A stretch of DNA of 54,168 nt from Planctomycetota bacterium (GTDB lineage: Bacteria; Planctomycetota; MHYJ01; JACQXL01; CAKKQI01), in NCBI GenBank assembly GCA_030633885.1, contig DAOWBV010000001.1, positions 1 through 54,168 on the forward strand, read 5' to 3'. Shown here piece after piece: positions 45,515 to 52,990 of this stretch. The number at the start of each line of letters is the position of its first letter. Position 1 is the stretch's first letter. The notes beneath the pieces are model-generated. The model did not search any database. It was not told the DNA's origin and saw nothing but the letters and a program-made list of their open reading frames with translations. Both the position numbers and the translations under genes were made by a program.

Positions 45515-45663
45515 TAGCTACGACCCTTGTCCGCCTTAGGACGGACTCGTCCTCTGGCGAGCAGTCGCCTTTTTAAGAAAACATTGTGGGCGGGGACCCG
45601 CCTGTCGGCGAGGCAAGCAAGTCCCGCCCTGTACCAGTTATCGGTACAGGGCCCCGCAGCTAC
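45515..45663. repeat. composite nest of palindromic repeats between fusA and the S10 promoter
   Basis: The outer ends TAGCTACGACCCTT...GGGCCCCGCAGCTAC resemble the 14584 doublet. Inside lie GTCCGCC..GGACGGAC, the 15-mer TCCTCTGGCGAGCAG (45550-64, identical at 51063-77), GGGCGGG...CCCGCCC (45588-629) and the perfect hairpin TGTACC-agttatc-GGTACA (45630-48). Confidence 0.75.
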
Positions 45664-45685
45664 CGCATCGCAATATTGTCAACCT

Positions 45686-47782
45686 TCAAAAACTCAGCTC
45701 TTCAAACCGCTTTTTGATCTCCGGTGGCAGGGCCTGGTAATCGCTCGGCTCCAGACTGTACGAGCCCCGGCCCTGGGTCAGGGACCGCAAGATAGTCGCG
45801 TAGCCGAACGTTTCCTCGATCGGGATCGTTCCCTTGATGACCCGAATATTCTCCTGGTGGTCGATCCCGACGATCTCGCCCCGGCGCTTACCCAGATCAT
45901 TGATCACCTCACCCATGTAATCTTCCGGTACGACGATACTGAACTTCATGATCGGCTCAAGGATCACGCACCCGGCCTGGTCGATCGCCCGCCGAAAGGC
46001 ATCCGCCGCGGCCGCGCTATAGGACACCTCGGAAGAACGTTCCCGTTCATACCGCCCGTTAATAATGGTCGTTTTCAGATAGACCATGGGGAATCCCGCC
46101 GCCGCCCCGCTTAAGGTACTGCTCTTGAGACCATCCACGATCGCCGGGATGAACATCTTCGGAATAACTTCCTTCTCCACCTTGTTCTCAATATACGGAT
46201 GTAGTTGTTTCCGGTCCGGTTCCACCCTGATCACCACCTTGGCAAAATGTTCCTTATCACCGATCTTGCGATCGAACTTACCTTCCGCCTCGACCGCCTG
46301 TTCGACGGTCTCCTTGTAAGCTACTCTCGGTTCACCCACATTGGCCGCTAATTTGAATTCTTTCAACATCCGGTTCTTGATCACTTCCAGATGCAATTCC
46401 CCCATTCCGGAGATGATCAACTGACCGGTCTCTTCATCGGATTTTGTCTGGAAGGTCGGGTCGTCCTTGGCCAGCTTGGTAATCACCTCTAATAATTTAT
46501 CGCGGTCGGCCGAAGACTTCGGTTCGATCGCCATGGAAACCACGGTTTCCGGAAAGGCCATCCGTTCGTAAACTATCGGATGCTGTTTATCGCAGATGGT
46601 ATCACCGGTAAAAGTATGTTTTAATCCGATCACGGCCACGATCTCGCCGGCCCGGGCTTCTTGGGCCGCGTCTCGTTCGCTCGAATGCATGACAAATATT
46701 TTGGCGATCCGTTCCTTTTTATCGACCCGCGGGTTATAGACCATCGCCCCTTCGCGCACCTGACCGGAATATATCCGCAGGTAGGTCAGCTCCCCGTGTC
46801 GATCGGTCATGGTCTTGAAAGACAACGCGGAAAAATGTTCGTCCGTTTTCAATTCCCGTTTGATCTTCTTTTCCTTTTTCGGTTCGAGCCCCTCCACCGC
46901 CGGTAGATCGTTCGGGGTCGGTAAATATAAACAGACCGCGTCCAGCAACGGCTGGACCCCGATATTTTTCAGGGCGCTTCCGCAGAAGACCGGTGTCAGT
47001 TTACAGGCAATGGTCGCTTCGCGCACCGCTTTGATAACGGTAGTTTCATCGATATTTCCACCCGCTAAGTAAGGTTCCTCCAGCCACTCCACCTTATTAG
47101 CCAGGGTCTCGATCAAGTGCTGGCGTTGCTCTTCGGCTTTTTCGACGTGATCGGCCGGGATGGGACCCACTTCGAACTTAACCCCTAGCGATTCCTCATC
47201 AAAAGTGATCGCCTGCATCTTGACCAGATCGATCACGCCCTTGAGGGTACTTTCGATCCCGATCGGGATCTGCATGATCAGCGGGAGAGCGTTAAGTTTT
47301 TTTTGGATACTCTCGACGACACGCTCAAAGCTCGCGCCCACGCGGTCGAGTTTATTGACAAAGGCCAGACGCGGAACGTGATAGCGGTTGGCCTGATGCC
47401 AGACGGTCTCCGACTGGGCTTCGACCCCGGCCACACCGCAGAAGACACCGATGGCTCCGTCGAGAACGCGTAAGGAACGTTCCACTTCGGCCGTAAAATC
47501 CACATGACCCGGGGTATCGATAATATTTATGCGGTATTTATTTTTAGTCTTGAGTGGATAAGTCCAGTAGCAGGTCGTCGCCGCGCTGGTGATGGTGATA
47601 CCGCGCTGTTGTTCTTCCTCCATCCAGTCCATGGTCGCGGTACCCTCATGGACCTCACCCATCTGATGTTCCTTACCGGTATAGAATAACACCCTTTCAG
47701 TCAGGGTGGTTTTCCCCGCATCGATATGGGCGATGATGCCGATATTACGCATTAAATTGATATCGAACGCTGGCGCTTTCAT
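45686..47782 (-). CDS. fusA: elongation factor G
   Basis: 698-aa ORF with the G domain ([21 protein letters not shown]) and EF-G domains II-V. Confidence 0.97.
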   Translation of the reverse strand: MKAPAFDINLMRNIGIIAHIDAGKTTLTERVLFYTGKEHQMGEVHEGTATMDWMEEEQQRGITITSAATTCYWTYPLKTKNKYRINIIDTPGHVDFTAEVERSLRVLDGAIGVFCGVAGVEAQSETVWHQANRYHVPRLAFVNKLDRVGASFERVVESIQKKLNALPLIMQIPIGIESTLKGVIDLVKMQAITFDEESLGVKFEVGPIPADHVEKAEEQRQHLIETLANKVEWLEEPYLAGGNIDETTVIKAVREATIACKLTPVFCGSALKNIGVQPLLDAVCLYLPTPNDLPAVEGLEPKKEKKIKRELKTDEHFSALSFKTMTDRHGELTYLRIYSGQVREGAMVYNPRVDKKERIAKIFVMHSSERDAAQEARAGEIVAVIGLKHTFTGDTICDKQHPIVYERMAFPETVVSMAIEPKSSADRDKLLEVITKLAKDDPTFQTKSDEETGQLIISGMGELHLEVIKNRMLKEFKLAANVGEPRVAYKETVEQAVEAEGKFDRKIGDKEHFAKVVIRVEPDRKQLHPYIENKVEKEVIPKMFIPAIVDGLKSSTLSGAAAGFPMVYLKTTIINGRYERERSSEVSYSAAAADAFRRAIDQAGCVILEPIMKFSIVVPEDYMGEVINDLGKRRGEIVGIDHQENIRVIKGTIPIEETFGYATILRSLTQGRGSYSLEPSDYQALPPEIKKRFEELSF

Positions 47783-47858
47783 ATAACTTCCATTTATTAA
47801 CAGGGACCTGCAAGAGACTGGTACGAGGATTATTCCTGACCAAAAAAGTTTTGCCTCT

Positions 47859-47889
47859 TAAAAGTCTCGTAAAAGTCTCGTAAAAGTCC
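47859..47889. repeat. tandem 11-mer (TAAAAGTCTCG x about 2.8)
   Basis: TAAAAGTCTCG at 47859-69 and 47870-80, and a partial TAAAAGTCC at 47881-89. They lie 80-110 nt upstream of the fusA start, in a spacer that looks AT-rich by eye. Confidence 0.8.
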
Positions 47890-48159
47890 CCGTGAAAAAT
47901 CTTATCTTCCCATAAACTTATCGCCTCGTCAATAAAAAACACGTTGAAACAAATCAGTGTATTGGGAACCAACAGAAGTAATCAGTAAAGAATGTTTCAC
48001 CATCCTGAGATTTCCCTGGTCACACAGTATAATGTTTGACGAAAATTCTGATCTGGTCTATCACGTAATCCACGAAGTGCGAGAATAAAAGCTTTGATGA
48101 ATCACTGAGCAACGTTGGATAAGTGCTGAAATCGGCGGTACTGAGCGGGGATCGACGGT

Positions 48160-49251
48160 CTATTTTTTCTTCGACTTGCGGATCTTTTCGACTTGCCGGC
48201 GGGCGTACTTGTTGGTCCGGTCCATGAGCAGAACCAGGATATATACCTCTTCGGCTTTCCGGTAATCTTGGGAAGCCATGCTCTGATTAGCCAGAGTCGT
48301 GAATTGACCGACGAACTCCTTGTTCAATTCAGCCAGGTCCCGATCAAACTGACCCAGCACTTCAAGCCGAACAACGACTTTTTCCTGACGGTCACGTTCC
48401 GGGCCGGACAATTCCTTTTTATTGGCCAGCGCGGCGGAGCAACGCCGGTAATATTTTAAAGCCAGGAGTTCATCCTGCTGTTCTTCGTAAGTCGCCCCGA
48501 GCAACCAGAGCGCCCGGCTGAAATTCGGATAGTAAACCAGCGATTTTTTCAACTGCTTGATGGCCTCCCCCGGATTATCCTCCCCGAGAAATTTTTCGGC
48601 CATCTCATAATACAAACCAATGACCTCTTTATCTTTTTCCGACGGACCTTCATCCACCGGTTTCGGTTTTGGTTCCGGCCTGGGTTCCGGTTCCGGTTCG
48701 GGTTCGGGTTCCGGTTCAGGTTCGGGTCGAGGTCTCAGCCGGAGCCCGGGCAAAACCGGTTTGGGTTTCGGCGGCTCATCTATCTTAATCACTTTCCGCA
48801 ACCGGAAAGATTTTGAAGCGGCATTAAGCCTGGCAATCTCCTTGTTTAGATTCTTAAGATCCTGACCGCTATAAACATCCATTACCTCCATGCAATCATT
48901 TTTGGACTTTTTGACTATCAAGATCGCTTTATTCAACAAGGTATTGGCCGCCTCACGGTCCCTACTTTTTATCTTAATAGCTTTTTCAAGCAAAGCCCTG
49001 GCTTCGGTCAGATCCTTTTCGGCATCTTTGATCACGACTTCAACCGATTGGTGAATGGACTTGATATTACTTCGCTTAATGGTCAAGTTCCCGAAATCGG
49101 TTTCAATCTCAACGGCCTCTTCGGTCCGGCTGATAATATCGCCTTTGATCTTACTGCCGTCATTAAGGATGATCAATTCCGCAGACGCCGTCAGCGGGCT
49201 GATGATAAAAACGAGCAGGAAAATAAAAAATTTTATGCGTCGCATGGTCAT
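48160..49251 (-). CDS. secreted protein with a (Pro-Glu)n linker and C-terminal TPR-like repeats
   Basis: 363-aa ORF with a signal peptide (FFIFLLVFIISPLTASA), a PEPEPEPEPEPEPEPRPEPKPKP linker and helical repeat regions. Its ATG abuts the stop of the upstream TPR gene (TAAATG). Confidence 0.65.
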   Translation of the reverse strand: MTMRRIKFFIFLLVFIISPLTASAELIILNDGSKIKGDIISRTEEAVEIETDFGNLTIKRSNIKSIHQSVEVVIKDAEKDLTEARALLEKAIKIKSRDREAANTLLNKAILIVKKSKNDCMEVMDVYSGQDLKNLNKEIARLNAASKSFRLRKVIKIDEPPKPKPVLPGLRLRPRPEPEPEPEPEPEPEPRPEPKPKPVDEGPSEKDKEVIGLYYEMAEKFLGEDNPGEAIKQLKKSLVYYPNFSRALWLLGATYEEQQDELLALKYYRRCSAALANKKELSGPERDRQEKVVVRLEVLGQFDRDLAELNKEFVGQFTTLANQSMASQDYRKAEEVYILVLLMDRTNKYARRQVEKIRKSKKK

Positions 49252-51042
49252 TTATCGACGTCTCCGGGAAGACGATCTCCTTTTACAATCTCTGATCAAA
49301 CCCGGCAAGCCCGGATTCTTATCGCCCAGTTCGCGGCTTCGTTCCAGATCCGGCAGAGCTTTTTCGAAATCACGCATCTGGTAATAAGAAAGCCCGCGCA
49401 GTGAGTATAAATCAAAGGAAGCCCCGCCCGGACCGGCCAGTGCAATGGCCCGGCTACAATCGCTGATAGCCTCTTTGTATTTTTGGCGCAGCATCCAGAC
49501 CGAAGCGCGATTACGATAGGCCTCGAAATATTCCGGATTGAGTTTAATGGCCTTAGTAAATTCTTCCAAAGCTCGGTTAAAATCATTGAGCTGAATATAA
49601 GCCGCCCCGTTAGCATTATAAACGTCCGGGAAATCCGGCTCCAGGTCCGCGACCCGGTTAAAGATCTCCGTCGCGCCCCGGGGATTCCCCTGCTTAATCG
49701 CCGTAAAACCATCGGCCAAAAGCCGTTCCGCTTCCCGGGAAATAGTTATCGGTTCCCGCAAAATATTGGCCAGCGTTTCGGTCGTCGGGCCCGACTTCTT
49801 CATATCCGCCACCCACTGTTCCGATAGCGTACCATTAAGAGAAAGATCGATGTAGCTCAATCCCTCCCAACGAGTGGAAGCCAGCCCAACATTGACCACC
49901 GGTGATTTGAGATACTTGGCGGTAGGAAAACTGAACACTTTTGTTCGGCCGGAAGTAACTTTGATGCTCTTACCCTGCAAAACGATAGTCACCGGTTGGT
50001 CATCGAAACTGACAGAAAAAAGTTTTTCTTCAAAGACCTGAATTGGATCCCGGGAATCATCACGTTCTTTGATCTTAAAGGCCTCAACGGCCCAGATGAT
50101 CCCGAACTGTTGTTTCGGGGCGCGCGGACCGGACTGAAGCTGTAACGTAAAAATCACCACATACCCGTTTTTTTTCTCAGGATCGGTCAAGAAAACCAAA
50201 CCGCCGAAATGAGTCAAAATTTCTTTTTCCGGATCGGGAAAATCCAACCGCAGAGTAAGTTTTTTTTTGGCATTAAAGACCGCTTTGTGCCAGTAGACAC
50301 GGCTAACGGAACCGACGTAATTAATGCCTCCGTCCCGGCCAAGGATATTTATCTGGGCGTTTCTCCTCTGCGCAACCCAATCAGTCGATTCTTTTATCGG
50401 TCGTTTTGAAAACGGGTAGACCAGGCCGATTTTATTTTTTGATGACGATTTTACTTTGCCGGTAAAAAAGTTTTTCGGATCAAAGCCAATCCCGCCAACC
50501 AGCATTCCCATTTTAACCGCGGCCTCCCGAGTGGTCTTGTTTTCCGGATCAAAGACCAGGGACCGCTTGATCGCCAACTCGGCAAAACGGGTCAGATCGC
50601 GTTCCCGGTACTTGTTGGCCAACTCGGTTAACCGAGCGGCATATTTTTTCTTGAGTTCCTCGAGATCACCGCTGACTGTGTCCAGATTCTTAACCGCCTG
50701 AGCAACGATCTTTTTTATCTTTTTCTGGTTTGAGGAAAGCGAATCCCGGCGCGCCAGGATCGAGAGACACTGACGGTAAGCGCCCAAAACCTGGCCTGGC
50801 CGACCCAACTTTTCACAGGTCAACCCTAATTGGTAATAAGCCTCAGCGTGGTTGGAATCATTCTTTACGGCTTTTTCAAGTTTGCCGGCGGCTTTTTCGA
50901 AATCACCTGACTCAAAAGCCCTGACACCTAGCTGATAATAAAGGTCGGCCACTTCGGAGTTGGGTTCGTCTTCGGCCTGAAGACCGAAAAAAGAAGTGAG
51001 TAGAAAAAGAATAATAATTAAAACGTTTTTTATTTTTGACAC
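49252..51042 (-). CDS. secreted TPR-repeat protein
   Basis: 596-aa ORF with a GTG start and a signal peptide (VLIIILFLLTSFFGLQA). TPR motifs lie at both ends (A..YYQLG......G.FEKA...L.KA and AY.NR......L..Y.EAI.D...AI.L), with a central beta-rich domain. Confidence 0.7.
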   Translation of the reverse strand: MSKIKNVLIIILFLLTSFFGLQAEDEPNSEVADLYYQLGVRAFESGDFEKAAGKLEKAVKNDSNHAEAYYQLGLTCEKLGRPGQVLGAYRQCLSILARRDSLSSNQKKIKKIVAQAVKNLDTVSGDLEELKKKYAARLTELANKYRERDLTRFAELAIKRSLVFDPENKTTREAAVKMGMLVGGIGFDPKNFFTGKVKSSSKNKIGLVYPFSKRPIKESTDWVAQRRNAQINILGRDGGINYVGSVSRVYWHKAVFNAKKKLTLRLDFPDPEKEILTHFGGLVFLTDPEKKNGYVVIFTLQLQSGPRAPKQQFGIIWAVEAFKIKERDDSRDPIQVFEEKLFSVSFDDQPVTIVLQGKSIKVTSGRTKVFSFPTAKYLKSPVVNVGLASTRWEGLSYIDLSLNGTLSEQWVADMKKSGPTTETLANILREPITISREAERLLADGFTAIKQGNPRGATEIFNRVADLEPDFPDVYNANGAAYIQLNDFNRALEEFTKAIKLNPEYFEAYRNRASVWMLRQKYKEAISDCSRAIALAGPGGASFDLYSLRGLSYYQMRDFEKALPDLERSRELGDKNPGLPGLIRDCKRRSSSRRRR

Positions 51043-51111
51043 GAGTTATCTAATTTAACCCTCCTCTGGCGAGCAGGCCGGTTAATAGTATCACGGCCCA
51101 AGGCTAAAAAA

Positions 51112-51139
51112 GTATAACAGATAACGATGGAATGTCAAG
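51112..51139 (-). promoter_or_regulatory. candidate sigma70-type promoter of the TPR gene pair
   Basis: On the minus strand, TTGACA (51139-34), a 16-nt spacer and TATACT (51117-12), about 70 nt upstream of the GTG at 51042. Confidence 0.5.
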
Positions 51140-51156
51140 AACGGAAAGAAAAAAAT

Positions 51157-51205
51157 CCCATTAGAGCTACCGGTCGTCAAGTAAAGACGACCTACCTCTA
51201 ACGGG
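51157..51205 (+). repeat. 49-nt miniature version of the TIR element
   Basis: CCCATTAGAG (51157-66), GGTCGTC-aagtaaa-GACGACC, then CTCTAACGGG (51196-205). It consists of the two termini plus the subterminal hairpin only. It is opposite in orientation to the surrounding genes and has no clear flanking duplication. Confidence 0.65.
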
Positions 51206-51244
51206 ACAAGCGGGAAAAATTTATCAGTGAATATCTGCGAAATC

Positions 51245-51283
51245 CCTGCCTGACCGCCAAAGGCGGGTAAACCGGCAGGCAGG
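51245..51283. repeat. CCTGCCTG...CAGGCAGG nested palindrome just downstream of rpsG
   Basis: CCTGCCTG (51245-52) pairs with CAGGCAGG (51276-83), and inner CCGCC-aaa-GGCGG lies at 51254-66. Related CCTGCC...GGCAGG units occur at 52946-63, 13582-97 and nested in the pilin elements (20460-85, 21905-40). No U-tract follows on the rpsG strand. Confidence 0.7.
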
Positions 51284-51296
51284 TGTGGCTAAAAAA

Positions 51297-51767
51297 TTAA
51301 GCGAAGTGAGCGAAGGCTTTGTTGGCTTCGGCCATTTTGTGCACGTTCTGACGGTTGGTCATGGCCGCGCCTTCTTTTTTATAAGCGGCGACCAGTTCAT
51401 CTGCCAGCTTCTGGTAAGCCGGACGGCCTTTTTTTCCGCGGACAGCTTTGAGGATCCAGCGGATAGCCAGACTGGTCTGTCTTTTCGTGGTAACCTGGAT
51501 CGGGACCTGATAAGTCGCGCCGCCGATGCGTTTGGAACGGACTTCGATGATCGGTTTGACATTACCTAAAGCGGTATTGAAAATATCCAGCGGATCGACA
51601 TCGCTGATCTTTTTCCCGGCCACTTCCAGGGCCTGATAGAAAATCTGCTGGGCGGTGGATTTCTTGCCCTTAAGCATCAGGTTGTTAATGAACTTGCCGA
51701 TCAGTTTGCTGTTGTAACGGGGATCGACTTCCAGTAAATGCTCAAAAGATTTAAATTTCTTAGCCAT
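51297..51767 (-). CDS. rpsG: 30S ribosomal protein S7
   Basis: 156-aa ORF with the typical S7 core (KFIN.LM..GKKS.A..I...A, P..EV.S.R.GGATYQVP.) ending A.AHF. Confidence 0.97.
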   Translation of the reverse strand: MAKKFKSFEHLLEVDPRYNSKLIGKFINNLMLKGKKSTAQQIFYQALEVAGKKISDVDPLDIFNTALGNVKPIIEVRSKRIGGATYQVPIQVTTKRQTSLAIRWILKAVRGKKGRPAYQKLADELVAAYKKEGAAMTNRQNVHKMAEANKAFAHFA

Positions 51768-51778
51768 TTAAGGATCCT

Positions 51779-52147
51779 TTATTTAGATTTCGTCCCGTAT
51801 TTGGAACGGCTCTTTTTTCGGTTCTCCACGCCGGCGCAATCAAGCACGCCGCGGACCACGTGGTAACGAACGCCCGGCAAATCGCGGACCCGGCCGCCGC
51901 GGATCATGACGATGGCGTGTTCCTGGAGATTGTGGCCCTCGCCGGGAATATAAGCGGTCACTTCTTTGTTATTGGTCAACCGCACCCGGGCAATCTTCCG
52001 CAAAGCGGAGTTGGGTTTCTTCGGGGTCATCGTTTTGACCATGATACAAACCCCTTTCCGTTGCGGGCATTCTTCCAGCACGACGGATTTGGATTTCTTC
52101 TTGATCGGTTTTCGGCCGCGTTTGATTAACTGGTTAATTGTCGGCAT
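51779..52147 (-). CDS. rpsL: 30S ribosomal protein S12
   Basis: 122-aa ORF with [27 protein letters not shown] and [16 protein letters not shown] motifs. Confidence 0.98.
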   Translation of the reverse strand: MPTINQLIKRGRKPIKKKSKSVVLEECPQRKGVCIMVKTMTPKKPNSALRKIARVRLTNNKEVTAYIPGEGHNLQEHAIVMIRGGRVRDLPGVRYHVVRGVLDCAGVENRKKSRSKYGTKSK

Positions 52148-52174
52148 ATACTTTCCTATATTGGAAAAACGTGA

Positions 52175-52202
52175 ATTTTAGCATTTCTGCCGGGGAATGC
52201 AA
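52175..52202 (-). promoter_or_regulatory. candidate sigma70-type promoter of rpsL-rpsG
   Basis: On the minus strand, TTGCAT (52202-197), a 16-nt spacer and TAAAAT (52180-75), about 28 nt upstream of the rpsL ATG. Confidence 0.45.
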
Positions 52203-52255
52203 GAAAAATTTACTGGTTCCGGAAAAATTTTTTCGGCCGGCCGGATCTTATTATT

Positions 52256-52284
52256 TTGCGCTAAAAATAGAAATTAGATATAAT
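52256..52284 (+). promoter_or_regulatory. candidate promoter of the ECF sigma / anti-sigma pair
   Basis: TTGCGC (52256-61), a 17-nt spacer and TATAAT (52279-84), divergent from the rpsL promoter. Confidence 0.4.
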
Positions 52285-52325
52285 TAGCCTGAATCCGGTA
52301 TTAATCCGCCTGTCAACCAACACTA

Positions 52326-52913
52326 ATGGATAGGGACCGGTCAATGACTCAAAAAAACTTAAGTGATGGCGAACTGGTCCAGCGCAGCCGGCGCGGTTCC
52401 CGAAAATCATTTTATTATTTAGTCACGCGATACTCGCAGTTAGTGGCCGCAGTCGTCAATAATAAGATCTTCGGCTGTCCGGAACGGGACGATCTGGTTC
52501 AGGAGACATTCTTGATCGCCTGGAAATCACTGGATAAACTGAAAGATCCGGAAAAGTTCGCCAGTTGGCTTTACGGTATAACGCTGAATATCTGCCGGGC
52601 CTGGATAAGAAAAAAAGGGAAACAGGGCGTGTCGCTGGAAGAACTGGAAAAACACGGCTGGTCGGCCCCGGACCCGAAAACCGACCAGGACGCCAACCGG
52701 GTCACCGATCAGCAGGAAATGGTCCAGACGGCACTGGCCGGGATAAAAGAAGAATACCGGGAAGCAATTTATCTTTATCATTTTGAAAAAAGGTCTTATC
52801 AGGAGATAGCTGATTTCCTGGACGTTTCGACCGCGCTGGTCAACAAACGATTGACCCTGGCCCGGAAGGAATTAAGAATAAAAATAAAAAAAACCGTGGA
52901 TTCGGCCGATTAA
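52326..52913 (+). CDS. ECF-type RNA polymerase sigma factor (sigma-70 family, group 4)
   Basis: 195-aa ORF with region 2 (DDLVQETFLIAWKSL..L) and region 4 (SYQEIADFLDVSTALVNKRLTLARKELR). The start may be the ATG six codons downstream (MTQKN). Confidence 0.9.
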   Translation: MDRDRSMTQKNLSDGELVQRSRRGSRKSFYYLVTRYSQLVAAVVNNKIFGCPERDDLVQETFLIAWKSLDKLKDPEKFASWLYGITLNICRAWIRKKGKQGVSLEELEKHGWSAPDPKTDQDANRVTDQQEMVQTALAGIKEEYREAIYLYHFEKRSYQEIADFLDVSTALVNKRLTLARKELRIKIKKTVDSAD

Positions 52914-52990
52914 GTTGATTTTTTAATCCGTCCAATCAGCAAAACCTGCCTGCCATCAGGCAGATCAGCGGTTAAAAAAGGGGAATCAGA

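Noticed and set aside
45527-46114. A 195-aa plus-strand ORF starts in the repeat nest.
   Set aside because: Its first third translates palindromic repeats and the rest is antisense to the 3' end of fusA. It has an Ala/Arg/Pro-rich shadow composition.
47745-47972. A 75-aa minus-strand ORF overlaps the fusA start.
   Set aside because: It lies in a different frame from fusA across fusA's well-supported start, in an AT-rich spacer, with no RBS or homology cue.
10891-51205. I considered whether the recurrent CCCCGTTAGAG / CTCTAACGGGG motif marks a CRISPR array.
   Set aside because: The copies occur as inverted pairs rather than direct repeats. They are dispersed over 40 kb with irregular spacing, and no cas genes are present.
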